A stretch of 32,299 nucleotides of DNA from a virus (Duplodnaviria > Caudoviricetes), in IMG/VR virus record IMGVR_UViG_3300012667_000312, positions 1 through 32,299 of that record; one strand, written 5' to 3'. Position numbers and translations under genes: made by a program. The first letter of the stretch is position 1, and each line of letters opens with the position of its first letter. This document shows, piece by piece, positions 18,646 to 25,149 of the stretch. A model generated the notes under the pieces. That model saw nothing but the letters and a program-made list of their open reading frames with translations, was not told the DNA's origin and searched no databases.

Positions 18646-18784
18646 TAAAAATTACAGCTACAAAGCATCGGGAATAATTAAAATAGTATTTACAAAGAAG
18701 GGCAAATTTGTGACTACAATAATGAAAGAGGACAGATTAAAAGATTACCCTAAAACTAAATACGACATAGTAGAAATAATATGA
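18635..18784 (+). CDS. Hypothetical early protein (49 aa, MADSKNYSYK...)
   Basis: Not in the ORF track; overlaps the previous gene and has an ATGA overlap with the next. Confidence 0.6.
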   Translation: MADSKNYSYKASGIIKIVFTKKGKFVTTIMKEDRLKDYPKTKYDIVEII

Positions 18785-18915
18785 AAAAAGCAAAACTAAT
18801 ACACCTAACACCCGAAGCTATTGCATACTGGACTGAAATAGCAAAAGCAAACGGAAGCACATTTAAAACATTTATACAGATAATTTTAGAAGAAAAACCA
18901 AAACTTAAAAAATAG
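18781..18915 (+). CDS. Ribbon-helix-helix (Arc/CopG-like) DNA-binding protein (44 aa)
   Basis: MKKAKLIHLTPEAIAYWTEIAKANGSTFKTFIQIILEE shows a strand-helix-G-S-helix pattern. Confidence 0.6.
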   Translation: MKKAKLIHLTPEAIAYWTEIAKANGSTFKTFIQIILEEKPKLKK

Positions 18916-18920
18916 AAATC

Positions 18921-19013
18921 ATGAACGAATTAAACGACGAACTATCCCCATTAGCAAAAAGAATATTAACCGACTTAACATTTATCTTATGTGTACTAGT
19001 AATTATCCTTTAA
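18921..19013 (+). CDS. 30-aa peptide with a hydrophobic C-terminus
   Basis: Starts within the exact 20-nt start repeat; ends LTFILCVLVIIL. Confidence 0.55.
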   Translation: MNELNDELSPLAKRILTDLTFILCVLVIIL

Positions 19014-19156
19014 ACTTTAACAACGAAGCGATTAAACGCTTTTGGTTAAACAAGAATGTTGAAAACCAAGTTAGATCAACATTCAACGAAGAGTTATTAA
19101 AACGTGTCATCCAAGCAAAACTTTATGAAGCAGACAAAAGTAATAGAGCCAAATAA
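18989..19156 (+). CDS. Hypothetical protein (55 aa, MCTSNYPLNF...)
   Basis: Fills the gap and overlaps both neighbours. Confidence 0.5.
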   Translation: MCTSNYPLNFNNEAIKRFWLNKNVENQVRSTFNEELLKRVIQAKLYEADKSNRAK

Positions 19157-19481
19157 ATTTTATCATTTGTATCGTAGCTTATCTGTTGAAAGTAGATTGA
19201 AATTTTCAGAAAAGATAAAACGTCAAGATAAATATATTAGCCGATACAACATAAGTTCAGAAGATTTTGAGTATCTTAACGAGTTGTTAAAATTAGAAAA
19301 TCCAAATACAATAGGCGAATCGGTTGAATTTGATTATTGGCAAGTTCAGAAATACTTTCAAGGGTTAACGCAACTGATTAACACACCAGAGGACTTTCAA
19401 ATTTTAATGCAAAGGAAAAAGGATGCGATCATTCAAGAACATAGAAACATTCACAAACAATTATTAAACTATAAATCATAA
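19125..19481 (+). CDS. Hypothetical protein (118 aa from ATG 19125)
   Basis: ATG preferred over GTG 19104. Confidence 0.65.
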   Translation: MKQTKVIEPNKFYHLYRSLSVESRLKFSEKIKRQDKYISRYNISSEDFEYLNELLKLENPNTIGESVEFDYWQVQKYFQGLTQLINTPEDFQILMQRKKDAIIQEHRNIHKQLLNYKS

Positions 19482-19509
19482 TAAATTTTATATTTAATTA
19501 AATAATTAT

Positions 19510-19620
19510 TATATTTGTAATGCTTATTCGACATGAAAACATTAATTAAATCCAATCCTTTACATTGCCATTTGCTAACACTTAGCAGTCGGATAAGCCT
19601 TTGTATTGGGTTGGTATTTT
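19510..19620 (+). ncRNA. Promoter -7 box plus pseudoknotted leader RNA A
   Basis: TATATTTG at 19510-17; 19522-32 pairs with 19588-98, which lies in the loop of hairpin 19552-64/19602-14. Confidence 0.6.
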
Positions 19621-19624
19621 AATT

Positions 19625-20095
19625 ATGAATACAAATGAAATTTGGAAAGATATACCTAATTATGAAGGATTATACCAAGCTAGTAATTTAGGTAATATTA
19701 GAAATAAAAAAGCATTAGTTCTTAAACCTCACAAACATAATTATTTAATGATAAAATTATGGAAAAATAATAAAGGTAAAAATTATAACATTCATAGTTT
19801 AGTTGCAATTTGTTTTTTAAACCATATTCCTAATAAATTTACAAATGTAATAGACCATATTGATAGTAATAAATTTAATAATAAATTAGAAAATTTAAGA
19901 ATTATTACTATGAGGGAAAATATATCAAAAGACAAAAAAAATAAAACTTCTAAATTTACTGGTGTTAGATTTAAAAGTAAAAAATATGAAGCTCAAATAA
20001 CAATAAATAATGTTGTTTATTATTTAGGCAGATTTAATTGTGAATTTAAAGCTCATTTATGTTATATTAATAAATTAAAATCAATCAATCAATAA
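19625..20095 (+). CDS. NUMOD4-HNH-AP2 homing endonuclease (156 aa from ATG 19625)
   Basis: EIWKDIPNYEGLYQASNLG (NUMOD4); H.LVA, IDHIDSNKFNNKLENL (HNH); TSKFTGV...YLGRF (AP2-like). Confidence 0.92.
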   Translation: MNTNEIWKDIPNYEGLYQASNLGNIRNKKALVLKPHKHNYLMIKLWKNNKGKNYNIHSLVAICFLNHIPNKFTNVIDHIDSNKFNNKLENLRIITMRENISKDKKNKTSKFTGVRFKSKKYEAQITINNVVYYLGRFNCEFKAHLCYINKLKSINQ

Positions 20096-20106
20096 AAACA
20101 AAAAAA

Positions 20107-20361
20107 ATGGAAACACGTAATAATAGTGGAGCAATCTTCAAGAATTTAAATGCAACTGGCAATCAACCTTCATACCGCGGCAAAGTAAACGTTAACGGCA
20201 AAGACATGGAGATTTCTTTATGGGTTAAGGAATCTAAAACAGGCACTAAATATTTTAGCGCATCGTTTCAAGAGCCGTATGTTAAGGCGGTAACAGCTAC
20301 AGAGGTGGCTAATCAAAACAATACTCAGGACTTAATTGACAACGATTTATTACCTTTCTAA
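20107..20361 (+). CDS. Small SSB-like protein (DUF736-like)
   Basis: NSGAIFKN...QPSYRG...ISLW...KYFS motif; acidic tail ending DNDLLPF. Confidence 0.7.
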   Translation: METRNNSGAIFKNLNATGNQPSYRGKVNVNGKDMEISLWVKESKTGTKYFSASFQEPYVKAVTATEVANQNNTQDLIDNDLLPF

Positions 20362-20362
20362 C

Positions 20363-20647
20363 ATGAATAATTTAGTTTTAAAATGGGCAGACGAAAGGGG
20401 ACTTTTGAAAGCTGAAAATGCGCCAAGGCAAATGCTTAAATTAATGGAAGAGGTAGGCGAATTAGCTGGGGCTATGGCAAAGAATAAGCAAGGCGACATA
20501 GTTGATGCAATTGGTGACTGTACGATAGTTCTAATAATATTAGCTAAACAGTTAGGCTACGATTACGAACAATGCCTTGTTGATGCTTATAATGTGATTA
20601 AAGAAAGAAAAGGTAAATTAATTAACGGTGTATTCGTCAAAGATTAA
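20363..20647 (+). CDS. MazG-like nucleotide pyrophosphohydrolase (94 aa from ATG 20363)
   Basis: WADERGL, KLMEEVGEL, DAIGD and AYNVIKERKG motifs. Confidence 0.88.
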   Translation: MNNLVLKWADERGLLKAENAPRQMLKLMEEVGELAGAMAKNKQGDIVDAIGDCTIVLIILAKQLGYDYEQCLVDAYNVIKERKGKLINGVFVKD

Positions 20648-20658
20648 AAAATAATTTG

Positions 20659-20752
20659 TAATTTTGCAATGTCGGGTGAGAGCGATAAACGTAAAACATT
20701 AAAAATTAAGCCTATTGGTTAGACTCTCTCACATCTAGCCAGTAGGTTTTTT
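20659..20752 (+). ncRNA. Promoter -7 box plus kissing-loop leader RNA B / attenuator
   Basis: TAATTTTG at 20659-66; hairpin GTCG-ggtgagag-CGAT; 16-bp hairpin 20708-49 whose loop contains CTCTCAC; T6 tract. Confidence 0.7.
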
Positions 20753-20763
20753 ATTTATAGACT

Positions 20764-21075
20764 ATGGAAATTAATACAGATTATTTAAGGGGCTTAGTAG
20801 ATACTACATTAGAGTTCTACGAGCTAACAAATGGGCGCATCCCAAAAGACAAAGATTTACAAATCAGTTATGAGATTTTCACTGGATCTCATTACGTTGT
20901 CGGCTGTAAAGTTACATTTTGTTACAAAACTACAGTATCGAGCAAATGGGATATTGATTCTGAGTTAGAAGAAAACTGGATAAAGATCTACGAAAAAGAC
21001 AGTATCAGCGGAGTAGTTAGCGACATTACCGACATTTTATCAGATATACATTTAAAAACTTTAAACTATTTATAA
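20764..21075 (+). CDS. Hypothetical protein (103 aa)
   Basis: First ORF after leader B. Confidence 0.7.
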   Translation: MEINTDYLRGLVDTTLEFYELTNGRIPKDKDLQISYEIFTGSHYVVGCKVTFCYKTTVSSKWDIDSELEENWIKIYEKDSISGVVSDITDILSDIHLKTLNYL

Positions 21076-21077
21076 TC

Positions 21078-21599
21078 ATGGAAAATTTAATTAAAATTCA
21101 AAACGAATTAAAAGTCCCAAAAGGTAACTTAAATAAATTTGGTAACTATAAATATAGAAGCGCAGAGGACATATTAGAGGCTGTAAAACCTATTCTTTTA
21201 AAGTATAACGAACTTTTAACGTTAAGTGATGAAATTATATTTGTTGGCAATAAAGTGTTTTTAAAAGCCACTGCAAAGATAAATGAAGTTAGTTGCTATG
21301 GTTACGCTGAACTATCTGAACACAAAGGAATGTCATCTGAACAAAGCACAGGATGCGCAAGCTCATACGCTCGAAAGTATGCACTAAACGGGTTATTTTT
21401 AATCGACGAAACAGAGGCGGATGCTGACAGTCAAAAACCATTATCACTATCCGAACAATTAGAAATAGCAAAGGCTAAAATTATAACTGCGAATAGTGCT
21501 GACGATTTGGTTAACAAGTGGAATACACTAACTAACATTGAGAAGTCATTTGAGCCAGTTGTTTTATTAGCAAAAGAATTAAAATCTAAATTAAAATAG
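21078..21599 (+). CDS. ERF-family single-strand annealing protein
   Basis: IQNELKVPK..NKFGNYKYRSAEDILEAVKP and G.ASSYARKYALNGLF motifs. Confidence 0.9.
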   Translation: MENLIKIQNELKVPKGNLNKFGNYKYRSAEDILEAVKPILLKYNELLTLSDEIIFVGNKVFLKATAKINEVSCYGYAELSEHKGMSSEQSTGCASSYARKYALNGLFLIDETEADADSQKPLSLSEQLEIAKAKIITANSADDLVNKWNTLTNIEKSFEPVVLLAKELKSKLK

Positions 21600-21601
21600 T
21601 T

Positions 21602-22267
21602 ATGAAAACTAATAATTATAACTTATTCAAGTTAGCGCAAACTAATAGAACAGTTAAGCAATCGCATGTAAATAAAATTTGCAAATCAATGGAATCGTAT
21701 GGTTTTCTAAATTCAAAACCAATAACTGTAAATTCAAATTTTGAAATTATTGATGGACAGCATAGATTTTTAGCCGCTCAAAAATTAGGCATTGATATTA
21801 TTTATGAAATCGATAATGTTGATTTAAATGAAGCAATGGTAACTGTTAACACAACATCTAATATTTGGAGACTAAGCGAGTTTATCGAACATTATGCGAA
21901 GATGGGATTTACTGATTTTATTGAACTAAACAAATTCATAAACTCAAACGACTATGGTGTATCAAATTGCATCAGCATTTATTGCGGATTTTCGGTAAAG
22001 CCTAAACACATCAGAGCTGGTGAAATGCCTTCAAAAAATTTAAAATTAGCTGAAAGCATTGATTTGATTGAGTTTTTCAGAGGTAAATTAAAATTCTTTA
22101 AAACAAATAAATTTATAGAATCTATCATTGTTTTGGTTAATAGAAAAGATTTGCAACCTAAACATATTGAACGATTGAAATTGAATGCTTATTCAGTAAT
22201 CGAATGCGCTAACTTAACCCAATATAATAATCAATTTAATATTTTAATGAAATGGAAGAAAAACTAA
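21602..22267 (+). CDS. ParB/Srx-like N-terminal domain protein (221 aa)
   Basis: NR.V...HV, PITVN...IIDGQHRF.A motifs. Confidence 0.8.
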   Translation: MKTNNYNLFKLAQTNRTVKQSHVNKICKSMESYGFLNSKPITVNSNFEIIDGQHRFLAAQKLGIDIIYEIDNVDLNEAMVTVNTTSNIWRLSEFIEHYAKMGFTDFIELNKFINSNDYGVSNCISIYCGFSVKPKHIRAGEMPSKNLKLAESIDLIEFFRGKLKFFKTNKFIESIIVLVNRKDLQPKHIERLKLNAYSVIECANLTQYNNQFNILMKWKKN

Positions 22268-22401
22268 AACAACTTATCGAGATAGCTGAAAAGCAATATG
22301 CTGAAATTGATAAAATGGATATAAACGCTCATACGATAGGATATGCGATGGGTGTTATAAAATTTATTAAACAAGAATTAGAAACAATCACAAACAAATA
22401 G
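22252..22401 (+). CDS. Hypothetical protein (49 aa, MEEKLKQLIE...)
   Basis: Not in the ORF track; fills the gap. Confidence 0.6.
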   Translation: MEEKLKQLIEIAEKQYAEIDKMDINAHTIGYAMGVIKFIKQELETITNK

Positions 22402-22406
22402 AAATC

Positions 22407-22901
22407 ATGGACAAATCAATATATCAAATCGAGAACGAATATCAATTACTGATTAATCAAATCATTGAAGCAGAAGGAGAAATCACACCACAACAAGAAC
22501 TAAATTTACAAATAGCAAAAGAACAACTACAAAACAAAGGGATTAACTATGCGTATGTGATTCGTAAATTAGACTTTGAGAGCGACGTAATTGACGCTGA
22601 GATAAAAAGGTTAAGCCAATTAAAGAAAGTGCGTCAAAACTTAGCTGAACGCTTAAAAGATAATATTACTCACGCAATGCACACATTCGAAGTTGATAAG
22701 ATAGAATCACCATTGATTAAACTATCATTCAGAAAATCACAATCGGTTGAGGTGGATGACGTAAATAGTTTACCTAGCGAATACAAAGTTGTGAAAGTAA
22801 CCGAACAAGCTGATAAAATGAAAATAAAACAGGCCTTGCAGAATGGTGAGCAAATACAAGGGTGTTCAATAATTAATAATACTAACTTACAAATAAAATG
22901 A
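22407..22901 (+). CDS. Siphovirus Gp157-family protein
   Basis: IDAEIKRL..LKK, LSFRKS.SVEV, DK..IK.AL..GE.I.G motifs. Confidence 0.88.
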   Translation: MDKSIYQIENEYQLLINQIIEAEGEITPQQELNLQIAKEQLQNKGINYAYVIRKLDFESDVIDAEIKRLSQLKKVRQNLAERLKDNITHAMHTFEVDKIESPLIKLSFRKSQSVEVDDVNSLPSEYKVVKVTEQADKMKIKQALQNGEQIQGCSIINNTNLQIK

Positions 22902-23125
22902 AAAAAGTAAAAATAGGCAGTTGCAAGTATATTTACTACAACAGCGAAGATACATACATATTAACATACGACCCATCGGATGACTGGGGAGCTGAGTTAA
23001 AAGGTAAAGTGGCTTATAAAATAATTGACAATGGTAACGGGTTAGAAATAACCCAAAGCAAAAAAAACTTTCTCGACTATGGGGAAGCCGCTGAATTAAA
23101 ATATTTACTATCTAAAATAAAATAA
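22898..23125 (+). CDS. Hypothetical protein (75 aa)
   Basis: ATGA-type overlap with the upstream gene. Confidence 0.65.
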   Translation: MKKVKIGSCKYIYYNSEDTYILTYDPSDDWGAELKGKVAYKIIDNGNGLEITQSKKNFLDYGEAAELKYLLSKIK

Positions 23126-23127
23126 CT

Positions 23128-23331
23128 ATGGAATACAAACACTACAACAACGAACAAGGAAGCCTTTATAAATTCGCCGAACATCATGAGTTAAACGCTT
23201 ATGAATTTGACGCTATCAAAAGATTAGTAAGATGCAGAAAGAAAGGGCAATGGTTAAGCGATATAGAGAAAACAATTAAGGTTTTGGAGCTATATAAGGA
23301 AGAGATGAAACATTTACATAACGTGTTATGA
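23128..23331 (+). CDS. DUF3310/SaV-like small protein (67 aa)
   Basis: HY...LNAYEFDAIKRLVRCRKKG...DIEK resembles the GN.IKY..R...K....DL.KA pattern. Confidence 0.5.
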   Translation: MEYKHYNNEQGSLYKFAEHHELNAYEFDAIKRLVRCRKKGQWLSDIEKTIKVLELYKEEMKHLHNVL

Positions 23332-23561
23332 AGCGTTGTTTCACTTGCAAACGATTAAAACCATTAATTTGGTTTAAAATAAATAACAGAAAATATCAGT
23401 TAAAATCAGACAAAGGTAGGGCGGTTGATTGCCGATTATGTAATGTAAAACGGCTACTTAAACAGAATGGCGAAGTGCTTAAGTACAACTATACGACTAA
23501 TAAATACGATGCTATTACAATCAAAACAAATTTAATAAACATAATAAAATACTATTTATGA
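23328..23561 (+). CDS. Small Zn-finger protein (77 aa)
   Basis: CFTC ... CRLC. Confidence 0.65.
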   Translation: MKRCFTCKRLKPLIWFKINNRKYQLKSDKGRAVDCRLCNVKRLLKQNGEVLKYNYTTNKYDAITIKTNLINIIKYYL

Positions 23562-24049
23562 ATATAGAGAAAACACACCGAGCGTTATTAATGTATGTAG
23601 GAATAGCTAAAACATTAAATGATGAAACTTGTAGGTTTCTAAACGAATTTAAGCAAGATAATAAAAGACGATTTAACAACTATGTCGGAGATCTTACTTC
23701 ATTTCAAAACACTGTAAGAAAAAACATGAACATGGAAGGAGTAGACGCGGCCGATCAACTCCAGGACTATCAACATAGAATCATTCAGGAACTTATAGAG
23801 AAAGAGAAGTATAAGGACATTGAAACGTTCCTTGCATTCAGTAAGATGCTTTCTTTGGTATACAATAGCTATTTAAAAATGTATAAGCACGCGGCCAAGG
23901 ATAATTTTACAGCTTTGAATAACTCAGCTAATATATTTAGAAACACCTTAGCGTTTAACAATGCAGAACAAAAGAAAGTTGATGACTACATTTATGGTTT
24001 TGTGGTTAGTTTGATTGAAAATAATGAGTGGCAAAGAAAAGTTGTATAA
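23558..24049 (+). CDS. Hypothetical helical protein with an internal tandem duplication (163 aa)
   Basis: Two similar halves of about 80 aa. Confidence 0.65.
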   Translation: MNIEKTHRALLMYVGIAKTLNDETCRFLNEFKQDNKRRFNNYVGDLTSFQNTVRKNMNMEGVDAADQLQDYQHRIIQELIEKEKYKDIETFLAFSKMLSLVYNSYLKMYKHAAKDNFTALNNSANIFRNTLAFNNAEQKKVDDYIYGFVVSLIENNEWQRKVV

Positions 24050-24160
24050 TTAAATAATTATTTGTATATTTGCATCCGTTGTGTAGGAGCAACTGTTTAT
24101 AAAAAATTTACAAAAGACCTCTATTGTGCGGAACTCCTACTCCAAACTCTAGAGGTTTTT
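24042..24160 (+). ncRNA. Promoter plus kissing-loop leader RNA C / attenuator
   Basis: TTG-N20-TATATTTG; hairpin GTTG-tgtaggag-CAAC; hairpin 24113-23/24150-60 with apical loop ACTCCTAC. Confidence 0.7.
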
Positions 24161-24172
24161 ACGTTAATAATT

Positions 24173-24367
24173 ATGCCAACAAAAACTCAGTTTATTTGCA
24201 GTTACGAAAGTACAGATGTATTAGAATTAATACATGATGAAAAAGATTTAATAATTCAATTCAAAGATTTATTAAATATTGATGATTTAAGAGAAATTAT
24301 TTTAAACAAATATGATTGTAAAAAATTAATTTCTGAATTATTAATTATAGAAAAAAAATTAAAATAA
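24173..24367 (+). CDS. Hypothetical protein (64 aa from ATG 24173)
   Basis: The TTG start at 24062 lies inside the promoter, so ATG 24173 is preferred; TAATG coupling to the initiator gene. Confidence 0.6.
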   Translation: MPTKTQFICSYESTDVLELIHDEKDLIIQFKDLLNIDDLREIILNKYDCKKLISELLIIEKKLK

Positions 24368-25149
24368 TGGCTGAAGATAAAAAATCATTTTTAATGTATT
24401 GTGATTTAATACATACTATTAAAAAAATGCCAGATGAAAAAGCTGGTTTATTATTTAAACATTTGTTAGCCTATGTAAATGATGAAAATCCTATTACGGA
24501 TGACTTATTAATAGAATTAACTTTTGAGCCAATTAAACAACAATTAAAAAGAGATTTAATTAAATGGGAAAATGAAATAATTAAAAAAGGAGATTCTGGA
24601 GCGTTAGGAAATCTTAAAAGATGGAATGAAGATTTATATAAACAAGTGATTAACAAGGAGTTAAGTTTACAGAAAGCTGTTGAAATCGCAAAGAGTCGCA
24701 AAGTGTCGCACTGCGATGAAATTAATCGCACCGAGTCGCAAAGTGTCGCAAACATCGCTGTAAATGATAATGTTAATGTTAATGTTAATGTTAATGTTAA
24801 TGATATAAATATATCTTTTGATTGTTTTTGGAATCTTTACAATAAAAAGGTTGGTGACAAAAAGAAAATTGAAAATAAATGGAATAAATTAAAAAATGAG
24901 GATAGACAAAAAATAATTGATACATTGCCAACTTTTTTAAATTCAATAACAGATAAACAGTTTCAACCATTTCCTGAAACGTATTTAAATAATAAACGTT
25001 GGAATGATGAAATAATTGAAAATCAAAACTCAAATAAAAAACATTATTATTTAAGTAGTCCATTTGGAACTTGGGACGGTCTTTTAACTGAAGATGAATT
25101 TAAAAATAAAACATTAACTAATTACTGGACTTTAATTAAAATAGCATGA
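24367..25149 (+). CDS. Replication initiator (DUF6291-like N-terminus, functional analogue of lambda O)
   Basis: KKSFLMYCD....MPDEKAG.LFK N-terminus; internal iterons; FD.FWNLY.KKV and P.TYLN..RW.DE C-terminal motifs; upstream of the helicase. Confidence 0.8.
   Translation: MAEDKKSFLMYCDLIHTIKKMPDEKAGLLFKHLLAYVNDENPITDDLLIELTFEPIKQQLKRDLIKWENEIIKKGDSGALGNLKRWNEDLYKQVINKELSLQKAVEIAKSRKVSHCDEINRTESQSVANIAVNDNVNVNVNVNVNDINISFDCFWNLYNKKVGDKKKIENKWNKLKNEDRQKIIDTLPTFLNSITDKQFQPFPETYLNNKRWNDEIIENQNSNKKHYYLSSPFGTWDGLLTEDEFKNKTLTNYWTLIKIA
24684..24803. repeat. Iteron array and AT-rich hexamer repeat: probable replication origin
   Basis: TCGCA at 24686, 24696, 24706, 24726, 24736 and 24746, followed by (TAATGT)x5 at 24768-97. 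Confidence 0.8.

Noticed and set aside
21602-22267. Plasmid-prophage partition system
   Set aside because: No ParA, repressor or parS-like palindrome array recognised.
24062-24172. TTG-started N-terminal extensions of ORFs 24062, 19601, 20336, 8069 and 141
   Set aside because: They run through promoters, leader RNAs or upstream genes, or are truncated by the junction; other ATG starts fit better.
24684-24803. CRISPR-like or mini-array
   Set aside because: Units are 5-18 nt with 10-bp phasing, lack spacers and lie in a coding frame; iterons fit better.
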